The notes beneath the pieces are model-generated. The model was not told the origin of the DNA and searched no databases. It saw only the letters and a list, made by a program, of their open reading frames with translations. The position numbers were made by a program, and so were the translations under genes. Source: Planctomycetota bacterium (GTDB taxonomy: Bacteria > Planctomycetota > Phycisphaerae > UBA1845). From it: a stretch of DNA of 64,000 nt. This document shows positions 15,503 to 24,961 of this stretch, in pieces; within the stretch, counting starts at the first letter, position 1; every line of letters begins with the position of its first letter. The stretch is from contig JAZDHF010000266.1 in assembly GCA_043806315.1 (NCBI GenBank), positions 7,560 through 71,559 on the forward strand, in the 5' to 3' direction.

Positions 15503-17116
15503 CTACATCGGTAATCTCACCCGGCCCGTATGCCACACGTTAGCCGCAGTTCTACCAGAATAAAATAGCTCCGCTTCCAGGTTCGTCCACACAACCGAAC
15601 CGCGATACAGGATTGCATTGTCCCATCCCGATACCGATGGACCCATCATAGGCAAGTCGGCGCAGACCCATAGAAGGCCAGTGCTAGCCATGCAAACGTT
15701 CAAACTCGTTACATCGAACAGCGCGAAATATTTAGAGCCGCGCTTAGTGACGTTCCCGTGGTGCAGGGAGTCGCCCATGCTGGCATTCCGAATCACCTTT
15801 GCGTCCACCTCCGCCGACCAAGTTCCGTCGGGAGTGGACGCCGTCCTGCGGAGTAGCGTATCCGGTGCGGCAGCCTCGTTGATATACCACATCACGTACT
15901 GCGCACCGTCCCAAACGACGGCCGGAGACGAGCAACAATTATTCGCCCCAGTGACCAGCGAGGTCGCAGCGCTCCATGCCACTCCATCCGAGGAAGATCG
16001 CACCAAGATTTCCCAAGTCGTCGCACTTCCAAGGCAGTAGAATAGATACAACTTTCCATCTTGCCCCAACAAGAGATCCACATCCGCGTTATGATAGCCT
16101 CCGCCCGGATCGGCCACAATCGGGTTAGTCAGTCCGGCTGGAACCACCCAAGCGGTCCCATCGTTGCTCGCCAAAATTGATGGATTTTCTTTCGTGGCAT
16201 CTCCACCTGGGAACGGCGTCATAGCCATCCAGTAGGAATAGCCGTTCCAGCCGACAGGGATATACAACACGTCCGGGTGCATCGCTTGGCCCGAAGTATC
16301 GTAGGTCGGCGTCGTCAGAGCGCTTGCCGCGTTTGCGATGGTCAGGTTGAGAGTCGAGGCGATACCCCATTTCGTAGCGAGATATCTCTGAGCTACGTAC
16401 ATGTCAGCCGCCGAGGGAGCGTGATTGTAGATCGCCAGTTCCGCAATGTCCCCGGTCAGATAGTTGGCGGTCCCGTCCGATCCAATGTAGAGCGCCGTAT
16501 TGCTGAGGCTTATGTCAACCGTACCCGCGACCGTGCTGAACTTTGCGCCGTTCACGTAGAAGGAAGCGTCGCAGGAAGCGTCAAACTCCGCCGCGACGAT
16601 CATCCATTCCGATGCAATCGCCGGGCGTTGAACAGAGAAGTAGTCCTTCACGCCCAACGTCGTGAAAATCAAAGTTCCGGCGGGGGCGGCGGTCCCGAAC
16701 TGGTATTGCCCGTCCTTGTACACCAGTTTCATCGCCGTCGTCGATTCGGTCTTGAAAACGCCGACGATAAACGCCGGAGCTGTCAGGTCCAGGGAATTGG
16801 AATCGACCGCCGCAAGAGTATCGCCTCCGTCGAAATGCACAGTGGGCTTACCGTTCAACTGGTTCGTCAGATATGTCGGTTTTTTGCTGGCAGTCGCTTG
16901 GGCGGTATGGTTCGCATAGACGGTCAGATCCGACCATGTAGTAACCGAATCATTGTTGGATAGTCCGGTGATCCTGTCGGCGGCGTACCATGCAACTAAG
17001 TTGGTCGTCGGAAGAGACGGAGTATAAAGAGAACCGTAAAAGGGTCCTCTGGAAACTTGCGAATAGCCCGCCAGGAGAAGGCCAAAGAAAATCGCCGGGA
17101 TGAACGAGGTTTTCAT
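15503..17116 (-). CDS. LamG/ConA-like lectin-domain fibre protein with C-terminal glycosidase-like domain and signal-peptide-like N-terminus (537 aa)
   Basis: N-terminus MKTSFIPAIFFGLLLAGYSQ. LamG-type pattern LVAWYAAD...VTTWSDL...KPTY...NGKPTVHFDG...LYIGSDG...GDIAELAIYN...RYLATKWGI. The C-terminal half looks beta-propeller-like. Confidence 0.7.
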   Translation of the reverse strand: MKTSFIPAIFFGLLLAGYSQVSRGPFYGSLYTPSLPTTNLVAWYAADRITGLSNNDSVTTWSDLTVYANHTAQATASKKPTYLTNQLNGKPTVHFDGGDTLAAVDSNSLDLTAPAFIVGVFKTESTTAMKLVYKDGQYQFGTAAPAGTLIFTTLGVKDYFSVQRPAIASEWMIVAAEFDASCDASFYVNGAKFSTVAGTVDISLSNTALYIGSDGTANYLTGDIAELAIYNHAPSAADMYVAQRYLATKWGIASTLNLTIANAASALTTPTYDTSGQAMHPDVLYIPVGWNGYSYWMAMTPFPGGDATKENPSILASNDGTAWVVPAGLTNPIVADPGGGYHNADVDLLLGQDGKLYLFYCLGSATTWEILVRSSSDGVAWSAATSLVTGANNCCSSPAVVWDGAQYVMWYINEAAAPDTLLRRTASTPDGTWSAEVDAKVIRNASMGDSLHHGNVTKRGSKYFALFDVTSLNVCMASTGLLWVCADLPMMGPSVSGWDNAILYRGSVVWTNLEAELFYSGRTAANVWHTGRVRLPM

Positions 17117-18270
17117 TGGAGGTCCCCCGAAAGAACGAAAATATCGGCCACGTAGGACAGCAAACTTGCGACAGCGTAGGCTCCCGCCGTTTTTGTGTAC
17201 GCTTGACGCTGGTAGAGGGTAGTCGATGAGACTGTAGGTGTTACGTTTCCTACCCCCAATTGGACGATGAGCGCGTTGAATCCTATTCCCAAGCTCGCAG
17301 GAATGGTCAAAGTAATCGCCGCCGCGTTGTTAAATGTGAGGATCTTGCCATTGTCACTGGAGGTCGCGTGAATCACCCATTGATCGGCCAGCGTGTGCCC
17401 TGTGGTTGCCTTGAAAGTGGCGGTAACTCCATCTATTAGCGTTTGCGGCGATCCGGTCATTGAGACGGTATTGGTCCATGAACCAGCGTCTTTCCGCCAT
17501 TTGAACGTATCGGGTGTCCCGGTCCCGTCCACAATCACGGTGTAAGTATGGCAGCCGGTGGCGATGTACGTTCCGGCACTGGTAGCATCGTTCAATCCCG
17601 CGCCGGTGAACACAACTGAATCGACCTGCGCCACAATGGTAACACTATGGGCGGTTCCGGTGTAAGCGCAAATCGGTACGGGTCCACTGATCCCGGTCCC
17701 ATCTTCAACCGCTACGCTCGGCACGATCCCGCCAGCAACCGGCCCGATCTTCGTGAGTTTGCCGACATCCCCAGCGGTGAGCGCCGCGGCCCCGGTGACG
17801 GCATCGGCGTCGGCAATCGCGGAGGGCACCCAAGAGACCGTGGTAGCGATGGCCCAAGCGTCGGCCAGGGTGTGCCCGTCGGTTGCTTTGAACGTGATCG
17901 TCACTTCGTCGGCGAGCGTCTGCGCCGCGCCGGTCATGGGAACTGCCGCGCTCAAGGCACCGCCATCCTGCCGCCACTTAAACTCGTCGGGGCTTGCTGC
18001 TGAACTGGAAATCACAATCTCGTAGAGCGACGCCGTGGCTGCCGTGCAAGTGCCCCCGGCTGAAGCGTCGTTCAGTCCCGCGCCCGTGAATACCGCCGAC
18101 GGAACCACGCATCTCCACAGAAGCGTCTGTAAGTTTGTCGGCGCGGTCGGGTCCACGTTCCGTCCACGAATACGCGTGGCGTTAGTCGAGCCGAACTCTT
18201 GGCCGTAGGCGGTAGCGCAGAACAAGATTAAGGCGGCGCATAGAATCAAGAGAACTACCAATCGTTTCAT
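17113..18270 (-). CDS. fibre/virion protein with internal domain duplication and signal-peptide-like N-terminus (385 aa)
   Basis: N-terminus MKRLVVLLILCAALILFCATAYG-QE. It contains two paralogous modules of about 85 aa (VFTGAGLND...FKWR.D.G...MTG..QTL.D.VT.TFKAT.GHTLAD.W). Confidence 0.75.
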   Translation of the reverse strand: MKRLVVLLILCAALILFCATAYGQEFGSTNATRIRGRNVDPTAPTNLQTLLWRCVVPSAVFTGAGLNDASAGGTCTAATASLYEIVISSSAASPDEFKWRQDGGALSAAVPMTGAAQTLADEVTITFKATDGHTLADAWAIATTVSWVPSAIADADAVTGAAALTAGDVGKLTKIGPVAGGIVPSVAVEDGTGISGPVPICAYTGTAHSVTIVAQVDSVVFTGAGLNDATSAGTYIATGCHTYTVIVDGTGTPDTFKWRKDAGSWTNTVSMTGSPQTLIDGVTATFKATTGHTLADQWVIHATSSDNGKILTFNNAAAITLTIPASLGIGFNALIVQLGVGNVTPTVSSTTLYQRQAYTKTAGAYAVASLLSYVADIFVLSGDLQ

Positions 18271-18271
18271 G

Positions 18272-21200
18272 TCAAAATCCCTTTCCCAGTGGCGCGAAGT
18301 GTTGCGCCGGTTTCTTCGCCGGGAAGACGTAGTTTGCGATGCGCGGTCCCGCTATCGGGATGCGACCGAAGACCTGACGAGCCAGCGACCGCATCTGCCA
18401 GTCGCCCTTTTTAATGCCCGCGCGACCGCCCGAGTACAGATTGTAGGCCGCGCTTCCGGCTTCCGAACCCGATGGCCCCGCCGCCCACTCGTACATCCGC
18501 TCCTTGCCCCACGCCATGCTCTGCATGAAGTCGGAGGCGACGCCAAGCGCGCCGTTCGACGCGATATCGTTCCAGTAGCGCTCCAAACCTTCGTCTTCAC
18601 GTTTCCTCCCGCTGATGAGGTTCCGCAATCCGAGAATCGCCTCTCCCGTAATCGGGAAGACCGTGCCTAGGACGAGGAGCGCACCAAAGGCTTCGCCGGG
18701 TCTGCCGCGCCGCAACTCTCCCACCAGTTCGTCCTGCACCAACTTAAACTGGTTGAACGCGAAGTTCTTAAATTGGAACGCCACGCGGCCCATCGGAGTA
18801 GATGCCCACTCCGGCAGGTCCAGATACCGCGCTCGAAACTGAGTCAGATCCGAGAATCGCTTGGCCGCTATCAAGGCGTCCTGCCCGGTTACCTTGCCCA
18901 CCGCCAAGAGATTGTCTGGGCCAAGCCCCATCTGTTCCAACCGGAATCGCGCCTTCGCATCCTTGGGATTCTTCTTCAGGCGTTCCAGCATGGAATCGGC
19001 GTAGATCCTGCCTATGTTGGCTGAGAGGATGCGATTCCATCGCTCGGTTGGCGTGAACCCAGTTGCCGTCAGGAACTTGCTCAATGCCGCGGAATCCTCT
19101 CCGGCATATCGGACCATCTCGTTGATGACGCCTTCGAGCGACGCGCCGGATTCCATTCCGAAACGCCGACCTTTCGGCGTGAGGGCGCGCGCCCATCCGC
19201 GAATCACGATGTCCGGTCGCTTCGTGACGAGCAACGGGTTCAGCGTTCCCTGAACCGAGTTGGCGATTGACGCCGTGCCGAGTCTGAACCCTTGCACGAT
19301 ACGGATAGCGCGGGAAGCCCGAGCGATTCCGGTATCCGGTTCGTTGGCGATGCGGAGAGCCTTGTTGACGTTCAGCCGCACATTGATGGCGTTCGGGTTC
19401 TGCGAGATCGACCGGACCAGTTCGTTGATGACTTCGTTGTTCTGTCCGAACTCTCGGACCTCGGCCAAGCGCATCGAAACGTCGTGAGTCCAGACGGGCA
19501 GGATGCGGAGTGGGTCGGGATCCCACAGAGGCAGGTCGATGTCGCGCGAGTATTCCAGACTCCCCTGCCGATGGATGTGTTGCTTGCGGAAAATCTTCAG
19601 GAGTTTGAAGGCGTTTGCTCGGGCTTGGGCCTCCGTCTTTCCCGTGACCTGTCCAGAGTCGATCAGATATTGCTCCAGCGCCCTCACTCGCCCGCCGCCA
19701 TCGACGTACTTTCGGTATCCGTCGATGAACGCCTGGGCCTCTTCCACGTTTTCCACTACCCCGAGGCGTTGCAGATTCGCCGCGATGTCGCGCCGAATCG
19801 GTCCCTTCTTTCCAAGGATGTCGGTGTTCGGAATTACCTGCGGGAAGTAGTCTTTCCATTCCTCGAAAGGACTCTTGACCCGCAACCGGACTCGTCTGTC
19901 GGCGTCTTCTGCCAGCCGCAGGGAGATCTTCTGCTGTGAGGTCAACTTCATCTCCGGCGACGGTAATTCGCCCGGCTCGAAGATGTGCGCCCGCGTCTTC
20001 ATGATCTTCGCGGCCTTCGCCTCCGTCGCCGTCTCTGCGGCGATGGAACGGAAGATGTCAGCGGTCTTCTGAATCTCGGGAGACGCAGCGGGCGCCTCGT
20101 TCCGCAGCACGTCGATCAGGGAACCGTCTCCGCTCCACCGTTGTTCCGGCGTCAGTTCGTGCAATCCGCCGTCGATCATCAGGCGAGCGATGCGCGGTCC
20201 CGCTTCCGTCGCTCCCACATCTTCGGCGTGGTACATCTTGCCGACAAGTTCCTTGCCTTCGGGGCCTTCGCGTTGGAGACGTGAAGCGGTGGAACGGAAG
20301 ATGGTATCCAGGAGGACTCGCGCGGCGTTCGGGCGTTTCGAGTACTCTGCGCCTTCGAGGATGGCATCCTTCTCGGCGGGTTTTAGGGAGAAGGAGCCGC
20401 GCTCGCCTTCGTTGGGGCGGGAAGTCGAGATGATTTTGCGCCCCTTCTCAGGTGGAGTCGAGTGCGTCCGGGGGGTCGGATAGTTCGGGTCAATCGAGCC
20501 ATCCGGTTTAACCGCTTGCACCTTCACTCTGAAGTCGCCGTCCGGTTTCTCGTTATATTCCAGAACCTTGTCCAGCCCACCGCCGTAAGCCTCGACGACG
20601 TTGCCGGGTTTGTAGAACTCCTTGCGCCGCGCGACTTCGGCCTTACGTGCCGCAGTTCCGGTCAGTTTCCCCTTCCTCTCCGCGACGGCCTTTGCGTTGC
20701 GGGTGGAGGCGGCGGCGAGGGGCGCGGGTTCCAGCAACGCGAGACGTTCCGCCTTTCCTTCCTTGGACAGATATGGACTCTGGCGCGTCGCCTCCGCCAT
20801 CTTTATCCGCTGTTGGGGAGTCAACTTCGCCAGATTCTCATGCCACTGAGGCGTGAGGACGTCCGATTGGACCTCGGTACGAGCACGTTCTCCGCGCGTG
20901 TCCACCACGAACGCCCGGTCTCCTTCTCTCACAACCTCGTCTCGACCAACCTCGAAATCAGAGATCTGGTCGGCACGCATGAGTTTCTTCGATCTCGCTG
21001 GCGGTTTCGCCGCAGGACGCGCGCTTGGGGCAACGGGTTCCGGTTTGACTGTCGATTCCCTTGCGGCTTGACGTTCAGCCTTCGCCTTCGCATCATAAGC
21101 GGCATACTCCGCGTGGTTCTTGTTCCATACAGCAACCGTGTTTCGAGCCTCTTCGAGCGTCGGGAAATTGCTGCCAAAGGTGCTGTTCAGACCACGGCTG

Positions 21201-24200
21201 AAATGCTTCACCTGATACTGACCGTCGGGCCAGCGATTGACGGTGTACACTCCGGTCCCGACATCCGGGTTTACGGCGGGGATCGTTTCGACGAACTCAG
21301 GTTTAGTGGGGGCGAGTTTTTCTTTTACCTCCGCCGTCTTCTGCTTCGCGGCTTCCGAGGCGGCTCGAAGTTTGTCCGCTCCCCGCTCCGGGCCAGCGGA
21401 CCCGGCAGCCTTCGGAGCGGCGGCGGCTTGGGTTTCCTTCAGTCTGTTCTGTGCATCCCGAAGAACCGCTTCCAATTCCTGTTTCCGTTGCCCAAGTCTT
21501 ACGTTTTCGGCACCAGCCTCTTTCGGTCGAAGGGTCCAAACGCTTCTGATGGATTGTTTCACCTGCTCAAGTTCGGATTCGGCCTTTACAACCTTCATCA
21601 ACGCGGCGTGTTCGGAAACCTCCATCCCCGCCGCAGGGCCAGCGGCCCCCACTTCAATAGGAGCGGCAGCGGGCTTGTTTACGGGGGCGACCTCCGCTGC
21701 GGTCGCTGGCCCTGGAGGTGGCTCGCGTGCGGGGGCGGCAATCCGTGGAGGCGCGGGTGGAGGCGCACCGGGAGGGAGAAGTCGGGAGAGCGCCCGCTTC
21801 AGATTCGGCAAATAGTTCAGGATGTACTGATCCAGAGTTGTTTCCCCCGCCGGTTTATTCAGCGCGACGACTTCCCTGACGTGACCTAAAATCACCGGGT
21901 CTTCCAAGGCGCGTGCGGCAACGGAAGCGGGCATCGCGTGTCGTCCACCGTTCACATCCTTGATGAAAACCTGTCGGTCTCCATGCTCCCGAACGATGGC
22001 AGAAAGATCATCGTCCGCAATGAGGTATCCTCCCTCCTTTGCGACCTCTTCCCATGACCGCACACCCGTAATGGGTTTCCGCGGCGGCAAATCCTGATCC
22101 ACTGGGGGAACCCTCGACACTCCATCGAACCGCTCCGCAAATGGGACTTCCGGCGAGACCCCGGCCAATTCAAGCCGATCCGATTCTGGAAGTTGATCGA
22201 ATAAACTGAACATCTGGGCCACGGCTTCATTCGGTTTACCTTCGGATAGCATCTGGGCGTAGCCGGGAGAATCCTTCGCTATCAACTGGAGATTTCGCTT
22301 GGCGATGCTCGCGAGTACCTTCCGTTGCCCTTCTGAACTTCGTTCCCAGATCGTCTCCCCCAACTCGTGCAACAAGGTTCCGTGCAAATCGGCCGCGTTT
22401 GGGTTCAGTCTGACAACCCCGCCCGCCGTGACTCCACCCTCTTGACTGAACTCGAAGGTGTTCGGCGAGTCAACCCGTATCTTCGTGATACCCGCCTGTT
22501 TTGCAAGTTGTTCTATGAGCGGGTTTGAACTGGCGCGCAGGAGACCCTCTTCAGCCTCTGGGGAGAGGGGAAACTTCAACTCAACATCCAACCTCGTTCC
22601 AGTTGGGACCAACCCTGCCGCTTCCCTCTTCGCTCCAGCAGCCTCAGCGGGGTGGGGCGGAGCGGGCGTGGTATCCTTAGAGTAATCCGCGACAGCGGAG
22701 GTGGACGGCTTGACCGTTGCGGGCGTGGGCGCTTCAGCCTGCGCCCGTTCAGGTTCATAGAAGTCTTTGCCGTAGCGATCTTCGATCTTCCCCTTCTCGG
22801 GTCCGTCGAGCCACTTAAACTTCCACCCCGGAATCTGATCGAACCCTCGACCCTTTCCAATGATCTCGACAGGCTGAAGGCCGCTTTCAGATTCGTGAGT
22901 CCACAGGATCTTCCCAGCCCCCGGAACTGCTGAACGCAATCCCTTCGCCCCAGATTCTACGCTTTCGATTTGAACTGGTCCTTCGTTCGTGTAGTTGGTG
23001 CGCTTCGACCGTTCTACCCAAGAGGGCAACCGGGGTGGCGGTTCAGACGGTCTCGCTACTTCAGGTGTCGGTCGGACTACCGGCGCGGGCGCGATGGAGC
23101 GCGTTCCCCCACGAGAAGAACTTGCAAACGCCCTAACCTGCTGATCGCTGAATACTCCCCCACGTCCATCGCCATACAGACCGATTCGCGGATTCCATGT
23201 AAGCGTGTCGCCCCCGTCGGTGACGTATGATTCCGCCATCCCCTCGGGAACGGGTGCCCGACCCGCCTCAAGAGCTTTCTGGGCCTCACTTCGCTGCTTG
23301 TAGACAGGGACCTGCGCTGGCGCGGGCGGAACAGGTTCGGCTGGCGCAACGGGTTCTCCCTTCGATGCGAGGTCGTTCCACTTGGCGCGGGGCATTACGT
23401 CTTCATGGACGTTGCCCTTGAGGTTGGTGAAACGGAACCGGACGTTGTCGCCTTCGGGACCGACGGGTTCGTAACTTCCCTGCTCAATGCGGAAAGGCGC
23501 AAGAGGCGCGTTCCGTCTCGCCAACTCGGCGGCTACCGTTGCGTCCAATGCTTCCAACGGCACTTCAGGGTCACCTGGCTTGACCGGCTTCGGTGGCTTC
23601 GACTTCTCTGCCAGGTCGAGCAACTGATCGTCGGGCAACTGCTTGATCGCCTCCGCCGTGGCCTTCTCGACCTCGACCGGTTGCATCTTGCGGATCTTGG
23701 CGGCAATCTCTGCAACCTTGGCTTCATTCTGCGCTTTGGCTTCCTCCGCAAGCGCCTTCGCCGCTTTCCGTTTCTCGCTGAAGATTTGGTCTGGCGTCTT
23801 GGGCTTCTCGCCTTCCGCGGCAGGTAGCGGCTTCGGTTCCGCACGTTTCTTCGCGTCGTTGAGCCACTGGCGTTGCGCCTTCTTCGTGATGGCGTTCAGC
23901 GGCTTGCCCGTGGCGTAGGACACCCCTGCGGTCTGCGCGGCTTCGACCAAAGCGACCTGTTTCTTCAGTTCCGCGAGATCCTTGGTGGACGGGACCGCGC
24001 CCTGCGGCGGAACTGCCTCTACAGGCGGTTTCTGCGCCCCCGGAGCCACGTCCGACCACTCGGGTTCCACCGGGCCTGCCAGCTTGCCGCGAAGGGCGCC
24101 AGCACGGGCACGAACGCGCGCCTGAGCCATCGAGAGAGGTTGGCCGGCCTCTCTTACCGAGACCTGCATTTCTTGACCTTCTCCCGCCCCGTGCAGTTGC

Positions 24201-24961
24201 GTTCGGGCAGCGACCTTACCGACCTGCTCGACAAGTCCAGGCTCTATCTTGACGCTCAGGTCCGGTACTTTCGCCTGTGGCGACAGATCCGGTTGGGCAA
24301 CCGCCGGCTGCTTCGTCAGAAGTTGCCGACTCTTCCCAATCGCGTGCTTGCCGGCGAGTAGTGCGAAGAGGGACTCCACCGTCCCAAGTCCCAGAGCGTG
24401 CGCCGCACCGGGGTAGTCACCAGACTTCACTTTGCCCCAGGCGTCCTTCCCGGCTTCGTAGGCCCCGGTCCCCATCGTTCCGCTGAAGTAGGCCGACAGA
24501 GCGGTGTCCGCGACCTGGAATGCCTTCATCCCAATTCGGGGGACCGCCTTGACCGCCGCGCCCGCCCCGCCGATGCCAAGCAGGAGGCTGGCGTTCTCCG
24601 CCGTACCGAGACCCTCGATGCCTTCGACGACTCCGCGCATCGCCTCCAGGGGGATGCCACCCTTCTCCTGGGGCAAGAGGAGGGACGGTTTGATCGGAGG
24701 CGTCTGCATGGCCTCGCGGCCCTGTTCCACCGTCATCTTGGCTTGCGGCATCGGGGCCGTCGGTGCGCCGAAGCGACTGATTGCGCCCGCGACCTTGGGT
24801 AAGGTTTCCTTGGCGTGGGCCAGCGCGCGATCCCAGGGGCCAACGGCGGGGACCGGAGCGGTGGCAGCCGTTGCCTCTGCCGGCGCGTTCTCGGCGAACC
24901 AATCTCCAGGCGGCGGAGGCGTTGCCGTACTTGGAGCGTTCTGGGTGAACCAGTCTGACAT
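18272..24961 (-). CDS. giant virion-internal/ejection-type protein (2229 aa)
   Basis: Single 6.7-kb ORF. Duplicated N-terminal DWF..NAP motif, Gly-zipper hydrophobic segments near both termini, and long Ala/Lys/Glu/Pro-rich linkers. It follows two smaller internal-protein-like genes. Confidence 0.75.
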   Translation of the reverse strand: MSDWFTQNAPSTATPPPPGDWFAENAPAEATAATAPVPAVGPWDRALAHAKETLPKVAGAISRFGAPTAPMPQAKMTVEQGREAMQTPPIKPSLLLPQEKGGIPLEAMRGVVEGIEGLGTAENASLLLGIGGAGAAVKAVPRIGMKAFQVADTALSAYFSGTMGTGAYEAGKDAWGKVKSGDYPGAAHALGLGTVESLFALLAGKHAIGKSRQLLTKQPAVAQPDLSPQAKVPDLSVKIEPGLVEQVGKVAARTQLHGAGEGQEMQVSVREAGQPLSMAQARVRARAGALRGKLAGPVEPEWSDVAPGAQKPPVEAVPPQGAVPSTKDLAELKKQVALVEAAQTAGVSYATGKPLNAITKKAQRQWLNDAKKRAEPKPLPAAEGEKPKTPDQIFSEKRKAAKALAEEAKAQNEAKVAEIAAKIRKMQPVEVEKATAEAIKQLPDDQLLDLAEKSKPPKPVKPGDPEVPLEALDATVAAELARRNAPLAPFRIEQGSYEPVGPEGDNVRFRFTNLKGNVHEDVMPRAKWNDLASKGEPVAPAEPVPPAPAQVPVYKQRSEAQKALEAGRAPVPEGMAESYVTDGGDTLTWNPRIGLYGDGRGGVFSDQQVRAFASSSRGGTRSIAPAPVVRPTPEVARPSEPPPRLPSWVERSKRTNYTNEGPVQIESVESGAKGLRSAVPGAGKILWTHESESGLQPVEIIGKGRGFDQIPGWKFKWLDGPEKGKIEDRYGKDFYEPERAQAEAPTPATVKPSTSAVADYSKDTTPAPPHPAEAAGAKREAAGLVPTGTRLDVELKFPLSPEAEEGLLRASSNPLIEQLAKQAGITKIRVDSPNTFEFSQEGGVTAGGVVRLNPNAADLHGTLLHELGETIWERSSEGQRKVLASIAKRNLQLIAKDSPGYAQMLSEGKPNEAVAQMFSLFDQLPESDRLELAGVSPEVPFAERFDGVSRVPPVDQDLPPRKPITGVRSWEEVAKEGGYLIADDDLSAIVREHGDRQVFIKDVNGGRHAMPASVAARALEDPVILGHVREVVALNKPAGETTLDQYILNYLPNLKRALSRLLPPGAPPPAPPRIAAPAREPPPGPATAAEVAPVNKPAAAPIEVGAAGPAAGMEVSEHAALMKVVKAESELEQVKQSIRSVWTLRPKEAGAENVRLGQRKQELEAVLRDAQNRLKETQAAAAPKAAGSAGPERGADKLRAASEAAKQKTAEVKEKLAPTKPEFVETIPAVNPDVGTGVYTVNRWPDGQYQVKHFSRGLNSTFGSNFPTLEEARNTVAVWNKNHAEYAAYDAKAKAERQAARESTVKPEPVAPSARPAAKPPARSKKLMRADQISDFEVGRDEVVREGDRAFVVDTRGERARTEVQSDVLTPQWHENLAKLTPQQRIKMAEATRQSPYLSKEGKAERLALLEPAPLAAASTRNAKAVAERKGKLTGTAARKAEVARRKEFYKPGNVVEAYGGGLDKVLEYNEKPDGDFRVKVQAVKPDGSIDPNYPTPRTHSTPPEKGRKIISTSRPNEGERGSFSLKPAEKDAILEGAEYSKRPNAARVLLDTIFRSTASRLQREGPEGKELVGKMYHAEDVGATEAGPRIARLMIDGGLHELTPEQRWSGDGSLIDVLRNEAPAASPEIQKTADIFRSIAAETATEAKAAKIMKTRAHIFEPGELPSPEMKLTSQQKISLRLAEDADRRVRLRVKSPFEEWKDYFPQVIPNTDILGKKGPIRRDIAANLQRLGVVENVEEAQAFIDGYRKYVDGGGRVRALEQYLIDSGQVTGKTEAQARANAFKLLKIFRKQHIHRQGSLEYSRDIDLPLWDPDPLRILPVWTHDVSMRLAEVREFGQNNEVINELVRSISQNPNAINVRLNVNKALRIANEPDTGIARASRAIRIVQGFRLGTASIANSVQGTLNPLLVTKRPDIVIRGWARALTPKGRRFGMESGASLEGVINEMVRYAGEDSAALSKFLTATGFTPTERWNRILSANIGRIYADSMLERLKKNPKDAKARFRLEQMGLGPDNLLAVGKVTGQDALIAAKRFSDLTQFRARYLDLPEWASTPMGRVAFQFKNFAFNQFKLVQDELVGELRRGRPGEAFGALLVLGTVFPITGEAILGLRNLISGRKREDEGLERYWNDIASNGALGVASDFMQSMAWGKERMYEWAAGPSGSEAGSAAYNLYSGGRAGIKKGDWQMRSLARQVFGRIPIAGPRIANYVFPAKKPAQHFAPLGKGF

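Noticed and set aside
20462-21889. Long plus-strand ORFs antisense to structural genes: 20462-21889 (475 aa), 52539-53870 (443 aa), 31538-32728 (396 aa), 1492-2640 (382 aa), 47917-48957 (346 aa) and 46382-47413 (343 aa).
   Set aside because: These are typical shadow ORFs of a GC-rich genome. They are Arg/Gly/Pro/Leu-rich and low in complexity. They lie opposite genes with clear identities (giant protein, TerL, MCP, scaffold) and lack SD or coupling signals.
22352-22381. LLHELGETIW in the giant protein as a zinc-metalloprotease HExxH site.
   Set aside because: The sequence is H-E-L-G-E, not H-E-x-x-H. No third ligand motif was recognised.
18272-24961. Giant protein as an N4-like virion RNA polymerase. 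I looked for T7-type motif B and found K-x3-K-x7-YG in ARRKEFYKPGNVVEAYGG.
   Set aside because: The canonical motif is R-x3-K-x7-YG. No DxxGR or motif A/C aspartates were seen nearby, and the local context looks like a small beta domain. The phage also encodes its own sigma factor, which fits use of host RNAP.
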